From: an uncultured marine group III euryarchaeote
Lineage (GTDB): Archaea > Thermoplasmatota > Poseidoniia > MGIII > CG-Epi1
DNA length: 64,000 bases
Direction of reading: 5' to 3'
Assembly: GCA_902627615.1 (NCBI GenBank)
Contig: CACOJW010000002.1
Span: 26,971-90,970, forward strand
Shown: positions 37,128 to 46,608 of the stretch, one piece after another
How positions within the stretch are numbered: the stretch's first letter is position 1
How the letters are laid out: every line of letters begins with the position of its first letter
The notes under the pieces: generated by a model
What the model saw: the letters and a program-made list of their open reading frames with translations, nothing else
Database searches by the model: none
What the model was told of the DNA's origin: nothing
Program-made: the position numbers and the translations under genes

Positions 37128-38636
37128 CTAATCCCAAATTTCAGCATCATCCCAAGACCCTTCGGCAGGCCTTCTAGCCCACATAACAAATCCTGCGACA
37201 GCTCCCAAAACTAAGGTACCAACGGCAATCATCATAATTGGTAAATCTCTTTCTTCAGAAGGAGGAGTTCCGCCATCTGAACCTACAAATTGTAAAACAT
37301 CAGTTCTACTTGACGTTTTATTTCCATCTGAGAAAATAACTTGATAATAAATTTCATTATCGCCAGAGTAGGGAATTAATGAAGTTCCTGTAGCTCCAGA
37401 GTATGCGTAACAGACTCCGTTTTCGTCACAGACTTCTTCACCTTCAATTTTCATTTCATCAGTCATCCATTCACCAGTAAAATTACTTGATTCATAATTA
37501 TAGACTACAAATGCAGCACCTATGCCCTCATCTGCATCGAAGTTAGCGAGTATTTCTGCACCTTCATCAAGGTATTTTTCAGTTTTTTTGGTTATCTCAG
37601 GAACATCTCTCTCAGGGTTATCATATTCAGTTGATTGAGGTGTAGCAGATTGAATTGCCCTAGGTGTAGGATATGTGTCGTCACCGTTTGAGTCCTGATC
37701 GTTGCCAGAATCTGTATCATCGAGATCAAAAACAGCTGCAATTGGAATTATTCTACCTGGGTTGATTGGTATTTTGATGTCACCACTTACTCCATCTCCA
37801 TCAACTTGGGTGGTTGGAACTTTCCAAACAGCACTAACTGTGGTTGATTCACCTTCAGCAAGAGTAAATTGTTCATCATTTATTCCATATTCTCGAAATA
37901 CCATTCTATTATTCCAAACTTCGTCTAGATATGAAGAATAAGCAGGAACTCCATCTTCAACCATGAAAACAATTAGTTCACCGTTTAAATCAGGACTTTC
38001 TCCTAAAACATCATCAGGTTCAGTAGGGATTCCATCATCACCTCCAGTCTGTCCATGGTATGTGATATCAACACTTAGTCTGAATTGTCCAGCTTCACCT
38101 TCAGATTCAGACCCTATAAATTCACTGTAAATATCTAAATCTACGATTTTGAAAGGTTCGTCATTTCCTTCACCCTCTCTTTGTCCAGACTCAGACATTG
38201 CATTAGTGTAATCTTGATAGTTTGAATCTCCACCACCTCCAACATACCTATAATTTCCATCAAATTGAGCGTTGGGCGTTCCAGTTTGACCATAGTGGTC
38301 TCTCATTCTGGATTTGGAATCTTCAGTATGGAAAGGATCATCACCAGCACCTCCATTTGTTTGATGGAAAACAACAACATTGTAAGGATTTGATTCATCC
38401 ATTTCGCCATCATGAATTACTTCTTCCATAGCAGGATCAGCATAATTCATACAATACACACAGCTCAAACTCGTAAAAAGTTCTCCAAAAGGCCTGTGTG
38501 TCCATCCATTAGGGTAAGTTCTGTCAGAATTAGTTGTTTCGTATTCTATCGTTTCTTCAATGGCTCCTGAGGAGCAAGGAGAACAAAAGGATAGTGCGAC
38601 GGCCATCACTATAGCCAGTTTAACTGATTCCAACAT
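37128..38636 (-). CDS. Secreted Omp28-like thioredoxin-fold protein (CVYC) with a C-terminal TM
   Basis: ELFTSLSCVYC, YGQTGTPNAQFDG, MVED...MVFRE; paralog of 35734-37074 (shared YPNGWTHRP). Confidence 0.75.
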   Translation of the reverse strand: MLESVKLAIVMAVALSFCSPCSSGAIEETIEYETTNSDRTYPNGWTHRPFGELFTSLSCVYCMNYADPAMEEVIHDGEMDESNPYNVVVFHQTNGGAGDDPFHTEDSKSRMRDHYGQTGTPNAQFDGNYRYVGGGGDSNYQDYTNAMSESGQREGEGNDEPFKIVDLDIYSEFIGSESEGEAGQFRLSVDITYHGQTGGDDGIPTEPDDVLGESPDLNGELIVFMVEDGVPAYSSYLDEVWNNRMVFREYGINDEQFTLAEGESTTVSAVWKVPTTQVDGDGVSGDIKIPINPGRIIPIAAVFDLDDTDSGNDQDSNGDDTYPTPRAIQSATPQSTEYDNPERDVPEITKKTEKYLDEGAEILANFDADEGIGAAFVVYNYESSNFTGEWMTDEMKIEGEEVCDENGVCYAYSGATGTSLIPYSGDNEIYYQVIFSDGNKTSSRTDVLQFVGSDGGTPPSEERDLPIMMIAVGTLVLGAVAGFVMWARRPAEGSWDDAEIWD

Positions 38637-38669
38637 ATTACTTCATTAATTTGCTAATATATTATACTA

Positions 38670-39221
38670 TTGTCAAATACCGAAAATACTTATTTTCTGG
38701 TTTGCATAGCATCAGTTGTGTTAGCAAGATATAGATTAACAAATAATTTTTTCCAAGACGCTTTAAAGATTTCCAAAGAGGAAGGGAAGAAGTTGTTGGT
38801 TATTGGTGATCCCTGCAGTGGAACATATTTTCAATTTATAACAAATTATTTCCTTGATTATGGACATGGTGATGTTACAATAGATTTGTTTGGATGTGGA
38901 AAATGCACCAGAATGGACATTAATGATATGGAAGCTTGGTCAAAATTTGAAGATAATTCCTTTGTAATAATGGAGACTGGCACTCTGTCTTTTTCGAAGG
39001 ATATACGTAAAGTCTTAGCTCAGATTAGAAGAATTTCAGGGGGAGATTTCCTTTCAGCTGGAGGAACACACGGTTATCTTTGGGAGAATTTTTTACACAA
39101 AACATATGATAAGAATTTGAAATATTTAACGCATCCATTTGATTTTAGGGAAGATTCTTTTCATAAATCAAAGACTTTAGCAGGTAAGGAAGTTTTAGAG
39201 CTAGAATTTATGAAATTATAG
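38670..39221 (+). CDS. Hypothetical protein, possibly a degenerate methyltransferase-like fold
   Basis: KKLLVIGDP, GHGDVTIDLFGCGKC, IRRISGGD; start uncertain. Confidence 0.5.
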   Translation: MSNTENTYFLVCIASVVLARYRLTNNFFQDALKISKEEGKKLLVIGDPCSGTYFQFITNYFLDYGHGDVTIDLFGCGKCTRMDINDMEAWSKFEDNSFVIMETGTLSFSKDIRKVLAQIRRISGGDFLSAGGTHGYLWENFLHKTYDKNLKYLTHPFDFREDSFHKSKTLAGKEVLELEFMKL

Positions 39222-39260
39222 TATGCGTATCTTTTTAACCCACTTATTTTAGTTTAAATT

Positions 39261-39536
39261 GTGGATATAGCAGCGATTGATGTGATTTTTTTAATTTTAG
39301 GATTTGGAGTTGGATATCCTGTAATGATATTCGCTAAGAACCGAGGTCCAATTCCTTGGCTTATAGTTCCTCTTGTTGGTTACTCTATTCCACTATTTAC
39401 TATAGGTCTTCATCCAATTGTTGTGGGACTATACTTGCCATTAGCTATCTACCTGATATACTGTGGTTGGATTGTTTTCCGGAATCCTAGTGCGATTAAT
39501 GAGTTATGGCTTAACCTTGAAAAGAAGGATAAGTGA
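39261..39536 (+). CDS. Small hypothetical membrane protein
   Basis: 91 aa with three hydrophobic segments. Confidence 0.55.
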   Translation: MDIAAIDVIFLILGFGVGYPVMIFAKNRGPIPWLIVPLVGYSIPLFTIGLHPIVVGLYLPLAIYLIYCGWIVFRNPSAINELWLNLEKKDK

Positions 39537-39677
39537 AACTAAAGCCAGCTCATTTGCGTTTTAAGTACACTTATGTCCTCGACAAATGGTAGTGTACAGT
39601 AAGCAATTTCGGGACCTTAAATCGCACTCACTAACATTACAAAATAAATAGCCTCAGGCTTCCTCATCCGGCTTGTC

Positions 39678-39938
39678 TCAGTCTTCAATTTTTTCGACAC
39701 ATTTTGTGCAGCCAATAATTTGATTTTGTGCTCCACCTCTAATTTTAGCGCATCTCTCTTTTTTGCAGTTTGGACATTTAGATTTGAAAACTTCAGCTAC
39801 TTCATCTAAGTAAGCATCTACAATATCTCCTGCATATTCTCCAGCTCTCAGAGCTAAAGCACTTATTCCAAGTGCAAAACCAGTGGCACCGCCTATTACA
39901 AATTCTCCTGCATCTAGTAATAATTTTATTCCCTTCAT
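39678..39938 (-). CDS. Small hypothetical protein with a C-terminal zinc ribbon
   Basis: Hydrophobic Gly/Ala segment, then CPNC...CTKC; GGGAG upstream of the ATG. Confidence 0.6.
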   Translation of the reverse strand: MKGIKLLLDAGEFVIGGATGFALGISALALRAGEYAGDIVDAYLDEVAEVFKSKCPNCKKERCAKIRGGAQNQIIGCTKCVEKIED

Positions 39939-40049
39939 ACTCTCCCGACACTGTTGTTTAATTTAAGATTATAGTTTTTCAGTGATAGGGTACAAATTGG
40001 TCTTATCCGTACTCAGTTATTAGGAATAAGTTCTCGTCAGAGGATACGA

Positions 40050-40137
40050 TGGCGCGGGGAGGGGGATTTGAACCCCCGTGGGATAAATCCCATTGGATTA
40101 GCAATCCAACGCAATGGCCAGACTATGCGACCCCCGC
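40050..40137 (-). tRNA. tRNA-Ser(GCT)
   Basis: Reverse complement gives GCGGGGG acceptor, anticodon arm TTGGA-TTGCTAA-TCCAA, long variable arm, GGGGG-TTCAAAT-CCCCC T-arm, G73 and encoded CCA. Confidence 0.95.
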
Positions 40138-40219
40138 TAAACCGTCTCGACAAACCGGCCATATAAGGCAATTACGCTGAAACCCTAACCATTAAAGTGC
40201 CAAGTCAAATGCACAGCTT

Positions 40220-40780
40220 GTGAATATTAATCTGGTTACTTCCAATAGTGGAAAAGTTGAAGAATTGTCTTCAATTTTAGAACCATTTGGTCATTCAGCA
40301 TCTCAGCTCAATGTTGAATGCCCTGAAATCCAAACATCAACACTAGAAGAGGTAGTAGATTTTGGATTAGATTGGTTAGCCTCTAAAAATGTCCAGACCC
40401 CTCTTATCATAGATGATGCAGGAGTATTCGTTGAAGCATTGAAGAATTTTCCAGGCGTTTATTCTAGATATGTTTATGACACAATAGGCCTTTCAGGTAT
40501 TTTGAGACAAATGGAAGGTGTTGATAATAGAGCAGCCACTTTTAGATGTGTTCTAGGATTAATTCTCGATGATGGTTCTAAGCGTAAATTTGTAGGGGAA
40601 TGTAAAGGCAATTTAATTCACGAAATGAAAGGAACAGGAGGTTTTGGCTATGATCCTATATTTGTTCCAGAGGGATATGACAAAACTTTTTCAGAATTAT
40701 CTTCTGAAGATAAAAATAAGGTTAGTCATCGAGGCAGTGCTATGAAAAAATTAATTAAATTTTTGTCTGAGTTGAAATAA
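40220..40780 (+). CDS. rdgB: Non-canonical purine NTP pyrophosphatase (RdgB/HAM1)
   Basis: TSNSGKVEE, DDAG, FPGVYS, GFGYDPIF, KNKVSHR. Confidence 0.95.
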   Translation: MNINLVTSNSGKVEELSSILEPFGHSASQLNVECPEIQTSTLEEVVDFGLDWLASKNVQTPLIIDDAGVFVEALKNFPGVYSRYVYDTIGLSGILRQMEGVDNRAATFRCVLGLILDDGSKRKFVGECKGNLIHEMKGTGGFGYDPIFVPEGYDKTFSELSSEDKNKVSHRGSAMKKLIKFLSELK

Positions 40781-41553
40781 TGGATTCGTGTAAGAATTGT
40801 TTAAAACCTATTACTGAATCTCAAGTATATTGTAGCACAAAGTGCTGGCAAGATTATAAGGGCAAGAAGGAATCCACAAAATCACCTTTTGCAGATCTTA
40901 GTTTTTCACAGTGGGCTTGGGCCCAAGCATATTCCTGGATTTCAATAATTGGAATGATGTTTTCTTTATTTTTTATAATAATTTTAGTAGGCTCAATTAC
41001 GGACGTTTTCCACTATCAAATTTTAATATCAACAGCAGTATTGTCAGTATTTGTTTATCTGGTACTTAGATATACTAACGATTCGGAGAAATTAAGCCAG
41101 TTATTAGCTTTTCCAAAAACTATGGAAACTTGGAAACTCATCGGTTTTGCTCTTGTAGTAGATTTATTCGTTGTTAAACCTCTCAATATTGTTTTTATGC
41201 TTGAATTTTTCCCAGATGCACAAGAACAAGAGGTTATTACTGCCCTGCAAGAAATGTCATTATTATCCTCGATTATAACTGCTTTTTCCGTATCAATATT
41301 AACTCCGATTTTAGAAGAGCTCTTATTCAGGGGTTTCATATTAGGTATGTTTTTGAAATGTTATGATAATAAAGTAGCCATAATCTTTTCAGCGATTATT
41401 TTTGCTATAGTCCATGAGCCTATTGCAATAGCGATGGCTTTTGGAATCGGCTTGATATACGGTTGGCTCCGCGTTAGGACAGGTAGTATCATTCCTAGCA
41501 TGATTCTACATGCAATATGGAACAGTTTTGTAAGTATTTTAATTCTTTTTTAG
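40780..41553 (+). CDS. CPBP (CAAX/Abi) intramembrane metalloprotease with an N-terminal Cys cluster
   Basis: PILEELLFRG, FAIVH, HAIWN; N-terminal CKNC...YCSTKC. Confidence 0.9.
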   Translation: MDSCKNCLKPITESQVYCSTKCWQDYKGKKESTKSPFADLSFSQWAWAQAYSWISIIGMMFSLFFIIILVGSITDVFHYQILISTAVLSVFVYLVLRYTNDSEKLSQLLAFPKTMETWKLIGFALVVDLFVVKPLNIVFMLEFFPDAQEQEVITALQEMSLLSSIITAFSVSILTPILEELLFRGFILGMFLKCYDNKVAIIFSAIIFAIVHEPIAIAMAFGIGLIYGWLRVRTGSIIPSMILHAIWNSFVSILILF

Positions 41554-41591
41554 TGACAGCGTTTAATATATAGCGTGAATTTTGCGCTTCT

Positions 41592-43595
41592 GTGAAGAAT
41601 ATACTAGTATGTGTGGCTTGGCCTTACGCCAATGGACCTTTACACTTAGGTCATATGGCAGGTTGCTATTTGCCTCCAGACATATTTGCAAGATATCACC
41701 GTCTAAAGGGTAACAAAGTTTTGATGGTTAGCGGAAGCGATATGCACGGCACTCCGATAACAGTAACAGCACAACAGGAAGGCAAAACTCCTGAAGAAGT
41801 GGCAATGCATTATCATGCAATTAACAGTAAATCAATTGAAGAGATGGGAATATCTTTTGACTTATTCTCTCATACACATACTAAAGAGCATTTCGAGTCA
41901 GCCAGATGGATTTTAGATACACTTGATAAAGCAGGATATATCGAGCCAAGAGTTTCAGAAGAACCATATGATCCCGTTGCTAAGCAATTTTTGCCAGATA
42001 GATACGTTGAAGGCATTTGTCCACATTGCGAATATGAATCAGCAAGAGGGGATCAATGTGATAATTGCGGAAAGACATTAGATTCGAAAGAATTAAAAAA
42101 TCCACGTTCCAAATTAAATCCCGATGCCGAAATTGAATTTAGAGAAACTGAACATTTATTTTTCAAATTATCAGAATTCAGAGACACGTTACTTGAGTGG
42201 CTTTCAAGCGGTAAGGAGCATTGGAGGCCATCAGTAATTAATTTTACTAGAAATTGGCTTCAAGAAGGTTTGATAGATCGCCCAATTACTAGAGATTTAG
42301 AATGGGGTATAGACATTCAGCGTGAAGGTTATGAAAAGAAACGAATGTATGTGTGGTTTGAAGCTGTAATGGGTTACTACTCAGCTTCACTTCATTGGGC
42401 TAAAAATCAAGGAGAACCAGATCTTTGGAAGGATTGGTGGGAGAATGATGAAGCAGAGCATTATTATTTCATGGCCAAAGATAACATTCCATTTCATACT
42501 ATAATATGGCCGGCAATGCTTTCCGGTTGTGGACTACACTTACCACATGATGTTCCAGCTAATGAATATTTGTTATTAGATTCAACGCAATTTTCTAAAT
42601 CAAGGCGGCACGCAGTTTGGATACCTGATTATTTAGATAGATACGATCCCGAATTGTTACGATATTATTTAGCCTCGATAATGCCCGAGCAGAAAGATGC
42701 CAATTTTACATGGGAAGATTATGTAACTAGAATTAACAACGAGTTGATAGGCAATTATGGTAATTTAATGCACCGAGTAATTTCTTTTGCTCATAAAAAT
42801 TTTCCAGAAGGTTTGAGTTCGAATGAATCTACTTTACCTTCACTTAATGATAAAGTAAAAGAAGTGCATGAGCGAGTGCAGGAAGCCCTTGAAGCTTGTA
42901 AATTTAAGAGAGCCCTTCAAGCTATCATGGAATTATCTCAAGCAGGAAATATAGAATTGAACGAAGTTGCGCCTTGGAAACAAGTCAAAGAGGATCGAGA
43001 TGCTTGTGAAGCTACTTTAGTTACGTTTTTGAATTTATGCAGAAGTTTATCAGTTTTGATGACTCCTTTCCTTCCTAAGTCATCACAGAAAGCATGGGAA
43101 TATTTGAATCAGGAAGGAAAAATTGATGATGCCGGTTGGAATTCAGCTTTGGAATTTAAAGCAGAATTCAAACTACAACAACCACTACCTTTGTTCAGTA
43201 AATTGAACATGGAAGAAATATTGGAGAAAGAAATGCCCCCAGAGGAAGAAAATGAGCTAGCTAACGTCAAACCAGAGATAACATTTGACGATTTCAAGAA
43301 ATTGGATATACGAATAGGAACTGTAGAAAAAGTACAAGCACATCCTAATGCCGATAAGCTTTGGTTATTAGATGTGAATTTTGGTGGCCCTACAAGGAGA
43401 ATAGTAACCGGTCTTCGTGGAATATATGAATCTGAGGATTTACTCGGGAAAAGGATTGCCGTTTTGGTTAATCTAGCTCCAGCTAAATTCAGGGGTGAAG
43501 AATCAAACGGGATGTTGCTTGCGGCTGAAGGAAATGACGTAGTTAGTTTACTTCAACCAGATAAAGAAATAGAAGACGGTAGCGAAGTACATTAA
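41592..43595 (+). CDS. metG: Methionine--tRNA ligase
   Basis: PYANGPLHLGH, zinc knuckle, YVWFEA, KDNIPFH, FSKS, C-terminal tRNA-binding OB domain. Confidence 0.97.
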   Translation: MKNILVCVAWPYANGPLHLGHMAGCYLPPDIFARYHRLKGNKVLMVSGSDMHGTPITVTAQQEGKTPEEVAMHYHAINSKSIEEMGISFDLFSHTHTKEHFESARWILDTLDKAGYIEPRVSEEPYDPVAKQFLPDRYVEGICPHCEYESARGDQCDNCGKTLDSKELKNPRSKLNPDAEIEFRETEHLFFKLSEFRDTLLEWLSSGKEHWRPSVINFTRNWLQEGLIDRPITRDLEWGIDIQREGYEKKRMYVWFEAVMGYYSASLHWAKNQGEPDLWKDWWENDEAEHYYFMAKDNIPFHTIIWPAMLSGCGLHLPHDVPANEYLLLDSTQFSKSRRHAVWIPDYLDRYDPELLRYYLASIMPEQKDANFTWEDYVTRINNELIGNYGNLMHRVISFAHKNFPEGLSSNESTLPSLNDKVKEVHERVQEALEACKFKRALQAIMELSQAGNIELNEVAPWKQVKEDRDACEATLVTFLNLCRSLSVLMTPFLPKSSQKAWEYLNQEGKIDDAGWNSALEFKAEFKLQQPLPLFSKLNMEEILEKEMPPEEENELANVKPEITFDDFKKLDIRIGTVEKVQAHPNADKLWLLDVNFGGPTRRIVTGLRGIYESEDLLGKRIAVLVNLAPAKFRGEESNGMLLAAEGNDVVSLLQPDKEIEDGSEVH

Positions 43596-43600
43596 ATTAG

Positions 43601-44869
43601 ATGAAAATAGGAATAGTAGGCGCAGGAATTTCTGGCTTAGCTATTTCAGTAGCTGCAGAAAAAGCAGGACATGAAGTAGTTCTTTTTGAGTCTGAGAGTG
43701 ATGTTGGTGGTAGAATGTCTTCTATACGTTTCGGCCCTTACATAATCGATATTGGTTTTCATGTTTTGCACACGGCTTATCCTTCACTGCATAGATGGAT
43801 TGATTTTAGACAACTTGAATTTAAAGAAATGGAAAAATGCACAGAAAGTATTGATCCTGATACAGGTCAAAGAAAATTACTTGCAGATGCAATTAAAATG
43901 CCTCTCAAGCTTTTTCCAACACTAAGAGCAATTGGCTTACGAGATGGTCTTAGACTCTTGAGGTGGAGGTTAGCCTCAAATGGTAAAGATATCGAATCAC
44001 CTCTAGATTTTAAATCTGAAAAAATAATTGATGGATTCAGACAACGAGGTTTTTCAAACAATCTTATTCAGAATATTCTTCGTCCATTGTTTGCAGGAAT
44101 CACCCTTGATCCAGATTTAGAAGAGCGTATGAGTTTTGCTTCTTTCACTTGGGCTGCAATGAGTTTAGGTTCCATGATAATGCCAAAAGGAGGTATCCAA
44201 GCTATACCTAATCAATTAGTTAACAGACTAGTTAGCACGAAACTCAGATTTAGTTCTAAAGTTAATGCCGTTTCGTCAACAAGTATTACCTGCAGTAAAG
44301 AAACAGAGAAATTCGATAAAGTAGTTTTAGCTACTCCGCAAAATGTAAGTTTTCATCTTCTAAATCGTAAGCCATTGAAAAAGGTAAGAAAAACTGCAAC
44401 AATTGTTTTCAATTCAAACAAAAATCCATTACCTAGGCATAGATTACTAATTAACGAAAAGTATGGCCTGAATGGAAATAAAATTCTTCACGCTCATTCA
44501 CATCCTTACCATCCAGAACTAATAATTGCTACAGTTATTGGGAATGATGCAGACTCATTACAGGAAAACCAAGATGAAATTTTATTAGAGTTTGAAAATT
44601 GGTTTGGTAAGCAAGTTAGAGAATGGGAGTTTGTAACAGTAACAAAAGTCGATAATGCATTACCTATGATTGATACGGGACACGTAGGAAGAATTAGGGA
44701 GCCAATCACTGAAAAAGGAATATTGCTTGCAGGCGATTATACCACACACCCATCAGTTCAAGGGGCATTGTTTTCAGCTGAAAGAGTTCTAGACTATTTA
44801 GGTATTCCAATACCTGACAAAACAATAAATGCAACCGCCTCTCAAACTAACCTAGGGCCTGTAGCCTAG
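43601..44869 (+). CDS. FAD-dependent oxidoreductase (amine oxidase / protoporphyrinogen oxidase-like)
   Basis: IVGAGISGL, VGGR, DIGFHV, LAGDY...SVQGALFS. Confidence 0.85.
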   Translation: MKIGIVGAGISGLAISVAAEKAGHEVVLFESESDVGGRMSSIRFGPYIIDIGFHVLHTAYPSLHRWIDFRQLEFKEMEKCTESIDPDTGQRKLLADAIKMPLKLFPTLRAIGLRDGLRLLRWRLASNGKDIESPLDFKSEKIIDGFRQRGFSNNLIQNILRPLFAGITLDPDLEERMSFASFTWAAMSLGSMIMPKGGIQAIPNQLVNRLVSTKLRFSSKVNAVSSTSITCSKETEKFDKVVLATPQNVSFHLLNRKPLKKVRKTATIVFNSNKNPLPRHRLLINEKYGLNGNKILHAHSHPYHPELIIATVIGNDADSLQENQDEILLEFENWFGKQVREWEFVTVTKVDNALPMIDTGHVGRIREPITEKGILLAGDYTTHPSVQGALFSAERVLDYLGIPIPDKTINATASQTNLGPVA

Positions 44870-44931
44870 CCTGGAAGGGCGTCTGGCTTCTAACCAGAAG
44901 ATCCAGGGTTCGAATCCCTGCAGGCCCGCCA
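44855..44931 (+). tRNA. tRNA-Arg(TCT)
   Basis: GGGCCTG/CAGGCCC acceptor, anticodon arm TCTGG-CTTCTAA-CCAGA, CAGGG-TTCGAAT-CCCTG T-arm, encoded CCA. Confidence 0.95.
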
Positions 44932-44936
44932 TTATT

Positions 44937-45893
44937 CTAGAAAGGTAATTTTGATAAGTCTACATTTCCACCAGTAAGTATGATTCCTACTTTTTCAATA
45001 CCTTCTAGCTTTTTAAATTCAGGACTCATTACTACTGCGAAAGGCGTAGCGCAACTAGGTTCGATTATTATCTTCATTCTTTCCCATATTAATTTCATTG
45101 CTTTTACTACCTCTTCATCGCTAACAGTGTATATGGTTTCAAGATGGTCCCTTAGTATATTCCAGGTGTTTTCACCCAGACTAGTTAAGAGCCCATCGCA
45201 AATAGTATTTGGATTTTCTTGAGGCAATAAGCGTCCCTCTTTGAGAGAGCGGTAGGCATCATCTGCACCCTTTGGTTCAGCACCAAAGAGCCTTGCTTTT
45301 GGAAGAAGGTTTCGTGTAGTTATGCAAGTACCAGACATCAAGCCTCCTCCACCGATGGGGGCAATCATTGCGTCTAATTCACCTAGATCTTCAATCATTT
45401 CAAGTGCAGCAGTTCCTTGTCCAGCAATTACATTTGGATTGTTAAATGGGTGAATTACAGTAGCATCAGTTCTTTCAGCAATTTCCTTGAGGGTTGATTT
45501 TCTTGCATCAAGCGTAGGTTTGCAAAGAGTAACATTTGCACCATATCCCTTAACGGCATTAATTTTGACGTTAGGTGAATTATTCGGCATTACAATATAT
45601 GCAGGTATTCCTCTTTTTTGTGCAGAGTAGGCAACGGCTTGGGCATGATTTCCACTACTATGTGTACAAACGCCTTTTTCAGCTTCGTCGTCACTTAACA
45701 TAGAGACAGAATTCCAACCACCTCTGAATTTGAACGCTCCTATCTTTTGAAAATTTTCACATTTAAAGAAAAGTTTTCGACCTGCCATTTGATCTAAAGT
45801 TTTACTTGTTAGTATTGGTGTTCTGTGTCCAATTCCTTTAATACGTTCAGCTGCAGCACGAACGTCATCTATAGAAGCAGCATATTTTTCCAT
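44937..45893 (-). CDS. PLP-dependent serine racemase / threonine dehydratase family
   Basis: KCENFQKIGAFKFRG (PLP lysine), SSGNHAQA, PIGGGGL, TGGNVD. Confidence 0.92.
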   Translation of the reverse strand: MEKYAASIDDVRAAAERIKGIGHRTPILTSKTLDQMAGRKLFFKCENFQKIGAFKFRGGWNSVSMLSDDEAEKGVCTHSSGNHAQAVAYSAQKRGIPAYIVMPNNSPNVKINAVKGYGANVTLCKPTLDARKSTLKEIAERTDATVIHPFNNPNVIAGQGTAALEMIEDLGELDAMIAPIGGGGLMSGTCITTRNLLPKARLFGAEPKGADDAYRSLKEGRLLPQENPNTICDGLLTSLGENTWNILRDHLETIYTVSDEEVVKAMKLIWERMKIIIEPSCATPFAVVMSPEFKKLEGIEKVGIILTGGNVDLSKLPF

Positions 45894-46022
45894 TGAAATT
45901 TAATGGATGCAACTAGGATAAAAAAGGTTAATATGAAAAAGTAAGTAAATTCAGTCGGATAAATTTTTTTATTTATTAGGATATTTTTTAAGAGCTTAGT
46001 ATTTAAATCTTTAAATACCCTC

Positions 46023-46030
46023 TTTATATA
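46023..46030 (+). promoter_or_regulatory. TATA box of tbp
   Basis: TTTATATA about 27 nt upstream of the tbp ATG; AGGAG in between. Confidence 0.5.
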
Positions 46031-46056
46031 CAAAGTTCTCCACATAGGAGTAACAC

Positions 46057-46608
46057 ATGGCAGAAATAATAGTGGTAAATGTTGTAGCTAGTGCATCGAT
46101 TGGTAAAGAATTGATGCTTCAAGATATAGCTTTTCAGTTAGAAGGCGCAGAATATGATCAGGATAGATTTCCAGGATTAATTTACAAATTGGCAGAACCA
46201 AAAACAGCAGTTTTAATTTTTAGAAGTGGTAAGGTAGTTTGTACTGGTGCAAGATCCATTCCAGATGTTCACGTTGCAATCAATAAAGTTGTAGATGAAC
46301 TTAGGGTTTTGGATATGCCTGTTAAAGATGAACCAGACATAGTTATACAGAACATTGTAGCAACTACAAATCTTGAATCAACTTTGAATCTTATCCAAAT
46401 TGCAATGTCTCTAGGTTTTGAGAATGTTGAGTATGAACCCGAAGCTTTCCCTGGCTTAGTTTACAGGATGGATGACCCAAAGGTCGTACTTCTATTATTC
46501 GGAAGTGGAAAGATGGTTTGTGTTGGAGCAAGAGAAGTAAATGATATTAAGAACGCAGTTAGAAACATAAAGGAAGAATTATCTACTGCCGGCTTAATGA
46601 GAACTTGA
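46057..46608 (+). CDS. tbp: TATA-box binding protein
   Basis: Two repeats: NVVAS...FPGLIY...LIFRSGKVVCTGA and NIVAT...YEPEAFPGLVY...LLFGSGKMVCVGA. Confidence 0.97.
   Translation: MAEIIVVNVVASASIGKELMLQDIAFQLEGAEYDQDRFPGLIYKLAEPKTAVLIFRSGKVVCTGARSIPDVHVAINKVVDELRVLDMPVKDEPDIVIQNIVATTNLESTLNLIQIAMSLGFENVEYEPEAFPGLVYRMDDPKVVLLLFGSGKMVCVGAREVNDIKNAVRNIKEELSTAGLMRT

Noticed and set aside
38640..40137. Integrated virus or plasmid at tRNA-Ser
   Set aside because: No integrase and no duplicated tRNA 3' end were found. The sequence shared with tRNA-Leu belongs to a complete second tRNA, not an att site.
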